NCBI GenBank assembly: GCA_051362555.1
Contig: CM120647.1
Location: 5,394,001 to 5,458,000 of the forward strand
Direction of reading: 5' to 3'
Length of the DNA stretch: 64,000 nucleotides
Source: Lingula anatina
Taxonomy: Eukaryota; Animalia; Brachiopoda
Shown: positions 39,201 to 52,499 of the stretch, piece by piece
Layout: every line of letters starts with the position of its first letter
How positions within the stretch are numbered: the stretch's first letter is position 1
Notes under the pieces: generated by a model
Seen by the model: the letters and a program-made list of their open reading frames with translations, nothing else
What the model was told of the DNA's origin: nothing
The model's database searches: none
Translations under genes and position numbers: made by a program

Positions 39201-40097
39201 TCTATTTGTAATTATAAAAGTAATTAGGTGGAAGTCTTCTAGTCAGCTAGCCTGCCTGTATATATATATATTGTGCAACTCTCTGACATGATGCAGGTTT
39301 TTAGGTACAGCACGCATCCCAGAAAATTTATTATATCTCAAAAACTAAATAAGGTATCTTTCTGAAATTTTCTGACATTGTTAAAAACATATTTTGGATG
39401 TTTATGAGAAAATTTCAACAAATTATTTGGTAAAGTGAAAAAGAATGTGCATGCTGAAATTAAAGTTTTGTTTTTTACTTCTCTTCGAGAAAAGCAAGTC
39501 TCATATTTAAACTCCTGCTATTTCTACCTAAGTTAACAAATGTGAATAAAACTGATATGAATTTAAAGCTTACATTCTTGGCTTTCTAAAAATGTACAGT
39601 TTTTAGGTGTTTTCTAAAGAAGTGAATACATTATCATTCATTAAATGAGGCCGCCTGTAAAACTGAGTGCATCCGGGTAGAGGGCTCAGGACCAAGGGCA
39701 CTTTCTAGGTCAGATGCTGCCAGGCTCTATGGGGTTAAGGAATACCTCCTTACATGTAACTATAAGCAGAGAGGTTGGGGGGCAAATGGGCCGCGAATTC
39801 TCACCAGTGTGGCGAGAAACCATAGCAAGTGGATGTGTGACGTCAACAGTTTTGAAGATGTATCGAAAGATAAGTCATGCATCGTCAGACGTTTGTATCG
39901 GCAATCATTTTATCGTTTTGAGTGGCCTAATGTTACACGAGATTGTTTCCTTGATAAAGGCAAAGTAAACGAATAGTCCTTTGCTGTGCATCTTTATAAC
40001 AAAATGTCAAAAGCGTATGGGGATGCTCCCAAGCCTGGGACGCTCTGCCGTTACCTGCTGAACAATTTTTTGCATATTCTGTGGAGATTTTGTTTAA
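36245..40097 (+). pseudogene. Inverted pseudogene of exon 2 of the GT32-pyruvyltransferase-GT32 gene
   Basis: Collinear peptide matches to 13797-16622 (TSDFV.VWSHY, NGWYNAGNMMWP, NWDKPEMNPNR, GVYMDTDVILVKS, final CGDFV*). Has several stops and frameshifts, a 327-nt deletion and a piggyBac-type insertion. Confidence 0.95.
38260..39734. mobile_element. Non-autonomous piggyBac-type element inserted in the pseudogene
   Basis: TTAA|CCCCATAGCGCC ... GGCTCTATGGGG|TTAA. Removal restores gagtgtattaa(g/a)gaatacctc. Contains a ~60-bp tandem repeat (~38780-39040). An internal part is related to ~32096-32330 and ~54334-54550. Confidence 0.9.
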
Positions 40098-41558
40098 AGC
40101 GTTGATAATTAATGCTTGCATGATAGAAGCAAACGGCAACATAATGGAGGCCTGTAATATAAAATCACCGTGGGATTACCTACGAAAAATAGATGTTAAT
40201 CATGGTGGTGTATATTATTTCCAGTTCACGATTCACACGGAATATTCACTTATTCATATATATGTGTACAAAATAGTATTACAATAATAAAACTGTAGTA
40301 GTAACAGAGGCACGCCTGGGTTAGGGAGACGGAATGTCCACATATTATCATGAAAATTATGAAAGGTGGTGGATTACAGAATTTTTATGTTTTGTTGTTG
40401 TAATATTTCTTTTTATAATTGTTTATTGATCCCATGTGCCTACCATGTGATTGAGCTTGTTCCTCTTTATGTTACAAATTGTGGCATTCATAGTCAAACG
40501 TAGTTTTCTACGTCCATTTTTAAAAGTCTGCACACGTTTATCTTTGAAGTAACACTGTCACATTTTTTTCTCTTGGTATCTGTAAATTGCAGCATTTTGT
40601 CACTTTAAAACTACCTTCTGAACATTTTTTGCATGTTCTGTGGGGATTTTGTTTAAACCATCTACATTTACCAGTATAATGCTTGCATGATAGAAGCAAA
40701 CGGCAAAATAATGGAGGTATGTAATCAGCGTGGTGTTACCTACGAAAATAAATATTAATGATTGTGGTGTATATTATTTCCTGTTCACGTTCCACATGAA
40801 ATGTTCACTTCTTCATCTAGATTTGCACAGAATATATACAATAATATAATTCTAGTAGTAATGGAAGCACGCCTGGTTTAAGAAGACTGGCGGAATGTTT
40901 ACATGCTATCATGAAAATTATTAAAGGTGGTGGAATACAGAATGTTTATATATGTTTTATTATTGTAATATTTGTTTAATAAGTGTTTATTGACCCCATG
41001 TGTCTACTATGTTATTGACCTCATTGCACTTTATGTTATAAATTGCAGCATTCAAACAAGTCAAACATGGCTGAATTTTACGTCCATTTTTAAAAATTTG
41101 CATTTTTTTTTTTTTTTTTTTTTTTTTTTTGTAAATCTGTCACAACTGTTTTTTTTTCTTCGCTATTTTGTCACTTTTAAAATAAACTTTGAACTATTCT
41201 TCTTTCCGACTTTAAAATGCAAGCATTTTTCGAGAACAACTAAAACAATGATTTTAGTGTACAAATAAAAAAGCATATTTCGCTTTTATTATATAAATTG
41301 CAGTATTTTTCCCTTTTAAGTTAACCATTGCAGCAATTCTTTTTCTCTTTTTAAGTTACAAACTGTGGTGTTTTTCTTTTCGACTTTGAAAATAATTTAC
41401 GGCTTACCTGGTCTCTGCTTTGTTCACATGGTTTCTTATATCACGTCCCAGAGGTGTCGATCTGGACAGTATAACCTGGCGGATTGAAGGATCGACTTGA
41501 TGCTGGAAAGATGAAAAGATACATTTAATAATACGGGGGTTGCATAATAATAATAATA

Positions 41559-41605
<47 letters not shown>

Positions 41606-42500
41606 GTCTGGTTCCCTGAATGGAGCGAGGTAAATAATTCTAAAGCAAAAAATGGTAATTCAATTAGGTAACTGACAAACCTGCCACTAGAATCGTATTG
41701 GTGTTAGAGATATACTTTCAGATATGTTCTTGTGGCAAAAAGATTGCCTCTCCAGCAAAACACGGATGAGACAGAACCATAATCCTGGAGGACAGAGGAA
41801 AAATTAATTAATTAACACAAGCGATATGGATCACGTACATTTAAAAAAATACCATTTGGGTTTTAGAGTAAAAAACTGGTTAAAATGGCGTTTTATTTCT
41901 TTTACATCATTAGACGTGGCTGCAGATAGCAACCATGTAATACCTGTCTGGCAATGTGGAATGAATATGCATTAAGAGTGCGGTCATGAGAAAACCAGGG
42001 AAATCAATCAGAAATCGGCAAGGTGGGGATGAACATATTTTCATAATTTTTGGTGTGGTAAACCATAAATAAGAAAGATATTAGCAGCCATTGGCTTTCT
42101 TATTTAGGATCATTTGTTTTAAAAATATGGGGCAAAGTCTTTTTTGGCAAAATGTAGCTTTTTTTAGCTCTTGAAAAACTACAATTTTAAATATTCTTTT
42201 AAAAAAACATATATATCATAACAAATTGTTTAGTAAGCCATCTGATGGGTTAAGGAAAGGGCTTTAATACCCAGTACAGATTTATCATAATGGCACTGTC
42301 ATGACCACAAAATTTTGATTCTATCAAGGCATGTTTTTTGTAAGCTTGACCCCATCCCATTCTTGAAATGCACACAGGTTGCATCCATATGATTTGGTAT
42401 GTGTTGATAGAAAAGGGTTGGAAAATGTATTTTGTGAAATAAAATCTGTGTTAAATCCTGTAAAATAGAACTGTAACAATTTTAAAAAGGGCCTAAAAAC

Positions 42501-42582
<82 letters not shown>

Positions 42583-43963
42583 AGCACCTATTATATTAGC
42601 AGATATGACGTAAAGAATATATATATTTACTACTGAAATCCTAAACTGCTTCTTCAACTAAATCAATACGTCAAAACCATGTATAGGTTTGTGAAAAGTA
42701 TTTTAAATGAACATGATGCTCTGCAATAACAGGATATTAATTGAAACTAACGCAATGTCTCGCGTGGATATCAACTAAAATGGTAAAGCATCTCAACAAA
42801 TTATGCACGCGGTACTTAAATTATGCAATGATGCTTGAGGTACTCTAATTTGCATAACTAAGTACAGAATTCGTCGAGAACTGCCGACCTTCCGACGTCT
42901 CTTTTATTTTGTAAATATTTATAAGAGGGCCTTGTCGATATTTCCAATGTTTAGGTACATGTAGTACGTGAAATGATATAGTGCTGTTTATAATCTAATA
43001 TGCGGTCTGCCATAACTACCTCCTCAGTACATGCTTGACCAATACCTATGGTACAGGTTCCTAAGTCAGAACGACCTTGGATACAGTATGGTAAAATATA
43101 CCATTATCAAGCATCCCATTTTAGATTATGCATCGCTGGTTTGCAGTTGTCTGCAGTGAGTCATATCGGAATTCATGGGCTGAAATAAGCACCTATTATA
43201 TTAGCAGATATGACGTAAAGAATTTATCATTCAACAACAAATATCTCACTGTTTCAATATTAAGCTCCAATTCCCATCCAGAAAGGGGCCTCGTTTTGGC
43301 TCCCAGCGAATATTATGTTAGGTCTTGTTAGGTCACTGGATCGGTGCATAAACGAGGTAATTGTACCCTACGGCTATATATCTATCGGTGTGTGCGAGTG
43401 TGTGTGTGTGTGTGTGAGTTATTTTGTTACATAATGAATGCATAAATTGCTTTACTCTAAAACAGACTCATCAGCAAATGCAGACATTGTAGAAAATAAG
43501 GGAGACGTGGGATAGATGGCCCAGTTAGACAACTTGTAGAGCCAACTTGGAATGAGTTAGGGCAGCAAACCCAGTTTTAAAGCAAGCGGGATGGACGTAG
43601 CTATGTATGCAATGCCATTGTTTTGCAAATATAATGTCACAGGGCTGACATTTGACAAAAACAAAAAGCCCGCATCTTTCGGCAGGGGGGGCAACTTCCT
43701 TACGGTTCTCAATGTATTCTAAAGCACTTGGTGTATTTTTTCACAGTTCTAATGTTGTTGTATAATGAATAACGATTCGAGAACTGTCTTTGGGAGGTCC
43801 TTCAGAATGTCTTACAACAGATTAAGAACTAAGAACGAAGAACCCAAAAAACAGGGTTTACAAGTTGTAACTATCTCAATGATCTTGGCTCTGCTGCATG
43901 TATCTAATAGGCTATAAATCAGGTGTACGTTATTCTATGCCTTTAATGGCAAATGATGCTTAC

Positions 43964-44102
43964 TTTCAAAACCGTTCATGAATTGCAAGATGTAAATCAA
44001 TGCCCCTGTCATTAACAACAGTACAGGTAAACGGGCTGTCCGCCTGCAATGAAGACATCTACAAAGTCTCCTCACCGTAGATCTCATCTTACCATACGCC
44101 AT
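43964..44102 (-). pseudogene. Orphan copy of exon 1 (signal anchor) of the GT32-pyruvyltransferase gene
   Basis: MAYGKMRSTVRRLCRCLHCRRTARLPVLLLMTGALIYILQFMNGFE followed by the conserved GTAAGC donor. No same-strand exon 2 nearby. Confidence 0.85.
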
Positions 44103-46129
44103 AGAGGCAGGCGAAGTGATAAATCCAAGAGAAAAGATCCTCAGATTAAATGACGTGTCTCTCGCACGTAGCTACTGGTATGATTTGAACAATTAATAAT
44201 GAACGTAGAAAAGCAATCTGTGTTCCAAGAATTAGAAAAACTGTAAAACGGTGACGTAGCAGTATACGGTGCTTCACATGTGGTATAATTCATGCATTAA
44301 TTATTTTTGAACTACAACAAAAAGAACTAAACAAATTAAGAAATTAAAACATTATTGTTCATAAATTCAGACTGAAATACATGTATAACTGGATTAAGTG
44401 AAAGGCTAGACGTTAACCCATGGGCGAAACCAGGCATACGCACGGATGCACTGTAGTTGGACCAACCATAATATTATTCTCTATAAATTCAGTGTATTTT
44501 TCAAGGAATATAATCGAAAATCCCCTTCGGTTGTTAGTTAACGTCACCTGTTTGTGATATATATGCCACAATAATTGGTTGATCCCTGCAAAAACCTGTG
44601 AAAGTGTGTAGGATTAGTAGACTGAGAAACTCATGCAAGGAAAGAAAATTCGGGTAAAAAATAAAGAGATGGCACATTAAATCATATGGCTGGGGTCGTA
44701 AATGACCCCACATGGTCTGGGACAGATTGAGAACCGTAGGTGGGCGTTAAATGAGACATTTTTTTTTTTATTTATTTGCAGGGGTTGTCCGGTGGCTCCC
44801 CTCCCCCCCCCCCCTCACCCTCGTACTCACAAATCTTGACAGGACTCCGAACATGAGCACAAACAACGTGTAGAATAAGCCTTATTAAATTTAGGATTTA
44901 AATTTATTTTCAATTCCAATTTTATTCAACACACAAACACATACAGAGACACACGACGGACAGACCAGTGACGGATCCAGGATCATTTAATGGGAGGTCC
45001 GCGGGTTCAGGGCCCACTGAAGGCCCCGAAAATATTTGGTATTTTAGAGAGCGAACAGTACCATTTGGTACGGTTTAGTACAATAGATCAGACAGTCAAA
45101 TTTTAATTCCAAGAGGAGAATATTAATATGCTTTTTTTAAGAAAGCGAGGGGGTGTCAGGACCCCCCCCCCCCGAGGCCCCCTCTAAATCCCTGACTGAG
45201 CTTTTAATTGAAATTCATTTCTTTACTCTAAAAACAAATTATAAGATAACGGCGCCATCTTCAAAATTCATATTAAAACCATTGATATTTAATGCAAAGC
45301 GTAAAGGTGTGTCAAAACAGTCATCGCTTGAATTTCTACTAGATGACTTACCAGTGGAACTGATTTTAATAGAGGTACGTTCTTTTATTCTCTTACGACG
45401 AAGACAATAGTCGATGTTGATGGGGAGGGGGGGGTAAAGTTTTGTTGATATTTTATTAGTTGGTTTGTCTTAGAACAATAGAAGTTAACTGCATTTCAGA
45501 AGCCTAAGCTTCGACCAAGAGCTCAAAACACCATTTTCTGAAACAGGTCCCAAGTGGTTGTCTTCATATTCAGTCTATGGCAATAACACTGCTTAAATTA
45601 ATGTCAACTGGCAGTTTCCTTATTATTGTGGTCAGCATGAACCAAGTACATATGTATCACCTGGAATTAATCATCGTGCACTTTTAGTAGCTAGCGTCAT
45701 TTTTGCTCCAGCTAAAATGGTTTCATAAGTGTTGAATCAGCACTCAATTCATATCTGCGGTCTTCATTTTAACCACGTTCAATAGTATGTAGAGTAAACC
45801 AACAGCACGGAAACCTCGTCACTGACTAAAAGCGCAGGTAGTAAATTCATGTCTGGGTCGTTCATTTGTGCGTTTGTGCTACAAAAGCTTGGCCTCGTGT
45901 AGGAAAACGGCAATTATAGTTCATGAGGCATGTGGTAGAACTATACCCCAACTTCTTAATGCAATGCAAGGCAAGGAAACACAAACACCTTAAAATATAC
46001 GACATACACCAATGCATAATCCTATCCGCTACCTACCTCAATATATCAGAACGGGTGCTACCTGTGGCACTGATAACTTAAATACATTTAAACATTGTTT
46101 CTATGGTATTTCAACTGGGTTAATATATA

Positions 46130-46166
<37 letters not shown>

Positions 46167-46523
46167 TTGTAAATGTTTATTTTAGAGTACCTTCATTCTT
46201 GTATCAATGGACATTTGGTTTTCTTTTCAAGGCACAGTTGTGTATTTTTGAAGTTTTTGTGCTTGCACAAAGTTACCATGGCAACGGGATCACCCAAGTT
46301 CAAGATGAATTGACTTTTTCATATTGTTCCGGTCTAAAGCTTTCTCTATAGATGGCTAGGTGGCATATATTAGCATGAGTGACTGCTTTAGCAGGACTTT
46401 AAAATATTAATGACAACCAGTGAGATTTCTGCTTGTCGATTGTAGTTGAGGTTTTACTTGCAAATGAAACGATGGTGTCTGTAAAAAAAGAGCTTTTTGT
46501 GAAAAATAGTATTCATAGATTAA

Positions 46524-49335
46524 ATGTAAACATAGCACCATATCTTTTCATCTGCTTTCTTCCCTCCTTCACATAGAATGGTCCAAAGAAATCTACTGCA
46601 CTGTAGGTGAATGGAGGTGCTTGTTCCAGTCTGTCAGCTGGAAGATCTGACATTTTCTGACTCTGTGAGTTTGCTCGTAGCTTACGACAGGTCACACATT
46701 TCCATATATATGATCCAATCTTGGCACGGCCAGAAATTATCCAATAACCACTAGCTCGGACTTCATTAAGAGTAATGCCACTTCCTGAATGTCCGCATCG
46801 TGTATGATAGTGGTCAATTATGAGATTTGTAACGTGATGATGCTTAGGCAGAATCACTGGGTGCGTAAGCTCTCTGAGTAGATTTGCCCTCTTTATACGA
46901 CCACCTACTCTGAGTTGTCCATCTTCACATAAAAATGGGTCTAGGCGGTATAGTGACCTGGTTTTCTTGATTTGTTCGTTGCGATATCTTGCCTGTTTTC
47001 TCTCTGTGTGTTCACTATTATCTTCTCTGTTAATTGCTTTCAGTATTTCAATTTCCTTCTCAAATGTAGCAGTCTGTGTTGACTTGAGAATGATCTTTTC
47101 TGCCACTTGTATTTCTTGAACATTCAACGGTTTATTGCTGGTCTCAACTGTGTTCTGCTGTGTAGATTTCCTGTTCTTAGCTTGTTTCAGCTTCTGTATG
47201 AATCGTAAACACCACATAACAACTTGTGTTGCTCTGTTCCAGGAAGAAAACCTTTTCAATACATCAGACAAGTGATCGTGGTTGGTTTCTACATTAGGAG
47301 CAAATACATTGACTTCAGATTTGCGTACTTCTGGGTCATCTGGTGCTAGTCTGAATTGGGTATTAGTGGTAGATAGTGGTTCATCAATGAGCAGGAAGTC
47401 TGGCCCATTCCACCACTGTTCATTCTGTAATAGCTATGTCACACCTGTTCCCCTGGAGGCTATATCAGCTGCGTTGTCACTGGACTTAACATGCCTCCAT
47501 TGCGACGGCTGACTGACTTCTCTAATTTGTTTTATTCTATTAGCTACAAAGACATGAAATCTCTAAGCATCATTATTGACATACCCTAGAACAACCTTGC
47601 TGTCAGTCCAATACACATGGGCGATGTCCTCATACTCTAACTCCTTGGCAAGAAAGCTCCCCACCTTTATAGACATCACTGCTGCTGACAACTCTTGGCC
47701 TGGGACTGTCACTGGTTTAGAGGGAGCTACCTTGGACTTGCCCATAACTAACGTGGTTGCTATTCTTCCTGTGTTGCTTTTAAGTCTCAAGTAACTACTC
47801 TGACCTAGGCCTTATACACTGGCATCTGAGAAGTGATGAAGTTCTGCAGTAGTCACTTCACCAAAATCATTTGGCTTATAGCACCGTGGTATATTCAACT
47901 TGGTTAAGTTCAGCAAATCTGAGCGCCATCTTTCCCATCTGCAACTAATACTCTCTGGCACTTGATCATCCCACTCTGCACCGTCTCTGCGTAGCTCTTG
48001 GAGAATTTTCTTACCGCCAAGGATGAATGGTGAGACAAGGCCTAAAGGGTCAAATATGCAACTTACAGTGGAGAGAATGCCCCTTCTTGTTAATGGCTTA
48101 TCATTGATCTGGACCTTAAACTGAAAATTGTCCGCTTCTACACACCACTCTACTCCTAAAGCTGGGTATATTGGCAATGTGTCTCTGTTAAGGTCAATGT
48201 TTCTCATTTCTTTGGCTCGCTCTGACATTGGGATTGTATTCATCACTTCACGGTTGTTTGATACTAGCTTGTGAAGTCTTAGGTTACCTTTGTTCAGCAG
48301 CTCTCTTGTTTCACTAACAAGACGTATAGCTTCTTCACTTGACTCGATGCTCTTGAGTCCATCGTCTACATAAAAGTCATTCTTAAGAAAGGCAATGACG
48401 CTTGATGAATACTCATCTTGGTAGTCCTCTGCTAGTTTCGTCAGTCCATACAATGCGCATGCTGGTGAACTTATCGCTCCAAATATATGAAACGTCATTC
48501 TGTATGTGATGGGATTACTATTGAGGTCACCGTCTTTCCACCGTAGGAACTGTAAAAAACTTTCTATCCTCTTCTTTCACTTTAAACCTGTGAAACATGT
48601 TCTCCATGTCACCCATGATTGCTACTGGCTGCTCTCTAAACCTCAATAAAACACCTATGAGCGAGTTATTCTGATCAGGTCCTTTCAGCAGGCAGTCGTT
48701 TAGCGCAACATTTTCATGTTTTGCACTGGCATCAAACACCATTCGTAATTTCTCACGTTTCTTGGGGTGATATACACCATGATGTGGTAAGTACCAACCT
48801 CCATCTTCATGAGGTGATTCTTCTGCATAGCATTTATCTATGAGGCCCTGCATAAAACTGTTATAGTGCTCATAATACTTCGGGTTGTGGATTAGCATTT
48901 TCCTTAGCTGCTCTATGTCTGGATGTCCATCTTTAAATGGTAGTGGCATCTCGTAAAAACCCTCGTTGAAATGTATGCCCTCCTCCATAATCTTCATGAA
49001 CTTCTGGTCTTGAAGGCTTAACCTTTCATCTTTCTGGTGGTCGAAACCTTGGTCAAAGAGACTGCAAACCTCAGCGGGGCTGATCTCTGTCACTTGTGTT
49101 CTAAAGGGAAAGGCATGTGTTGCAAAGCTCTTGTTCTCATCTATGGGTCTTGATTTGTCCACTGGCCCTACTATACCCCAACCTAGGTTACATCTGTATG
49201 CATATGGTTCCTCTCCTCTACCATGTACGTATTCCAGACCTCTAATGGCTTTCATACAGTTTACTCCCAACAGCAGTCCTACCTCTATGTCTTTGCTTGT
49301 CATATATGTCTCTTGTAAGTCTCTTTAAATGAACA
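46524..49335 (-). mobile_element. LTR-less internal fragment of a second, divergent BEL/Pao pol
   Basis: WYLPHHGVYHP, FYVDDGLKS, HHFSDAS, YWTDS, HPVILPK, AVDFFGPF with stops and frameshifts. Truncated inside integrase and inside protease. Confidence 0.93.
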
Positions 49336-49413
49336 AATTGAAAAAATGTCATATATTTTCAGTTCAACTATAAAGTAAAAGAAGAAGACGGTTCGGAGTA
49401 TTCCAACACAAGG

Positions 49414-51863
49414 ATGTTATCGCCGCAAAATAAGTCCTTTTTTTATGTCTTTGTGTTTTTGAATGTCATGGTTGTGGTGTTCAACTTATTACTCATAGGA
49501 AGTAGAGATGTAATCATCAACCCCCCCTATCATACGTATTCGTTAGGGGAACAACTGACACTACAATATACACCCCCACTTTCTTTAATTTTACCCCATG
49601 CCAGACGACACTTTGTATTTCCGGTAAACATGACTGTACAACTTGCGGTTGCTCCTAAAATACTGTCATCTGGCCTTCCTGACAAGGAGGAATTAATATG
49701 GAAAGAACAACCAGGTGGAAAACAGTATTTTTTCTCAGCATTTTACGATGACCGCGAGGGAGGACACGTTCGAATAGTATCAATTGTAGACAATGAGACT
49801 AAACTGCCGGAATTCTGCAGAGTTTGGTACCGGGAAGAGGACATAACTGGACTCAGTGGTGACCTGTCTACTAATGGCAGTGTAGTGCGGTCGGTAACGT
49901 TTGAGCGAATGCCAATGATGGGAAAGTAAGTAGACATGTCACGTATTTAGAAGGAATGATCTGTGCCTAATGTAAAATGTCCACAATTTTCAGAATTGTC
50001 CTTTTTTTGTTTTTATTTTTATTTTTTTAATTTTTTATTATTATTATTATTTTTTATTTTTTTATTTTTTTTTTTTTTTTGGGGGGGGGTTGTTTATTTA
50101 TCTTTATTGGGGTAGGGGGAGAAAAAAGAGGATTTTTTATTATTTTAGAATTTTAGAAAACCACCGTGAAAAAAGATCAATGTAAAGTTTGTTCTGCCGT
50201 TTGTTTATTGTATTTATTTATTTATTCATTTATTTATGTTAGATATGCTGCATCTCTTTACCATTGCGATGTGATAGGATTACCGAAGCCGCTTGCCGTT
50301 TCCCTGGTGGAAGACCGACACTCTGCTCACGTGGGCAATGTCCCCATTCTCAAGGTGATCGATAAAAGTCGGCCAAGGAATTGGGATGCGAGCAAGCTGA
50401 GACGGAAAATCGGCGTTTGTGTAGAGACCGCCCTTTTTGAATATAGTAACTTCATGCGGTTGATAGAGTTTGTTGAGGTTTACCGGACACTTGGAGCGGA
50501 GCATTTCATCTTGTATAATTACACTGGTGATCCTGTGATGAATCCGGTTATCCGGGCGTACGTTCAACAAGGTACGGAGATAATTTTGGCCCTCCTTTGA
50601 TTAATTATCAGTTTCTTCTTCGTTTTTTTTTTTTTTTTACTTTTGTTTTTTTTTTATCTTCCTGCCTCAGAAATAGATAGGTATGCCCTTTAAATTTTAC
50701 TGTCCCTAAAGTTATATGAGACAAAGACTCCTAAAGCCACATTATTATAAAACACATATCATGGAACTACAATGGGGCAACAAAAGTATTGCACGAACCA
50801 TTTTGCTTGGAGTTGAACAACAGTGGGATTTCTTAGGGGTTTTAATTGGTCTTTTATTGAAAAGTGGTTAGGTGAAGTAAGTATCTTGACTTTAACCATA
50901 TAGACAAGTGCTTTGCCTTTTACGAAAAACATGTTATTTATTTTGATAGTGTCAACATTTTGTAGGATAGCATCGTGGTTTCAATATGGCCTCCGCCCTT
51001 TTGGACATAGACTGCTGAAGATTCAATTATCATTTGAGGGCTATGTTGACTCAGGCTCTAAAGATACTTTGGATTAGAACATTTGTATTAAAAGAGCGAT
51101 TCAAACTAGTTCCACAGGTTTTTTTATTGAGGTTTAAATTTTGTCTGGTAATTAGGCAGGCCAATAGATTTTAGGCCGGTTAGGCCTCTTTTGTACAGCC
51201 CTGGCCTTGCGGAGTGAAGCAATATCACCCTGGAAAGTAAAAACATTATTTTTTGTCCCCAAGGATGCTTTTCTACCGATTTTAAAAGGTGCCGGTCCAG
51301 AAATCCGATGTAACTCTCGTGGTTCAGCTTTCAATTTGTCCTTACCAGTTCAACAATTCCGGAGAAACCGATGCACCCCCATAGCATTATTGAAGCTGAC
51401 TCTCTAGTCAGGAGATTTGTTTATACTCTGGCATATTAGAAGTGGATGTCAGTCTTCTTACTCTCACTTATGGGCCCACGATTTCACGGTGAAGATGGAC
51501 TCATAAAAAAATAAAATTGGCTCCAGTTCTAGCTAATCTACGGTCAATTCAGTTATTCTTGCAGCCCGCGTTTTTCTTCTTGGACAGTTTACCAGGGCTC
51601 AGTATCTCGAAAGCTTCGGTATGTTGCGAGCTGCGCAAGCATGGCGAGCGTGCGCTATCTTATATCTCGAGAGCTTCACAAATCGCGGCCGTGCGCTAAT
51701 GGCGAAATCACCATTAGTTTCGAGGCTATTATTTGCGGCGATACAAACTAGTCGCAAAGGCCTCTGCGTATGTATAATTCGTCATTTCAGTGTGTCTTTC
51801 ATGTAATTAAACATGACGGCAAGTTTGGGTTGCTAGTTTCGAGATACAGGACCCATGTTGATA

Positions 51864-51894
<31 letters not shown>

Positions 51895-52438
51895 GGCAAC
51901 CCTGCAGGGTGTGAACTCCTGCAGCATGGAGCTTTCCCTGATCAGTAACTTCGCTAATCCCAACCGCCAAATTACGCGACCACTGCAAAGCTAATTCGCA
52001 GCACGATTCAAATTCCAAAACCCTTGACGGTACAATAAGACCCCTGTCGTCCCTGGCACTAATTTTCTCCAGGTGGCCACTTCTTGTTGACTTATGGGCA
52101 CCACCGATGTCCCCCATGTTTGCAAACCCTGTATACAGTCTGGCAAGACACACCATATTTGACGGCTATCTGATTGCCACCTGTACTCACCTCCCTCAGA
52201 GAAATACTTCCTTTTCTTTCTTCATTGGCTCCCTTGCCTTCACCATGGTAGCAAGAAGTTGACCACCAGAAAGGCGTCAGAGCTTCGATGACACCCTTTA
52301 TAGTACACATGAACTGATGTTATAAAGTACAACCAATTGCCATACTTCTGACCATACATGTAATTATATTCTCCTCTCTTTTTTCTTCTCTAACGGTGTG
52401 ATCTGTTGTATTGTTTTCATTTTTATTTATTTATTTAT

Positions 52439-52499
<61 letters not shown>

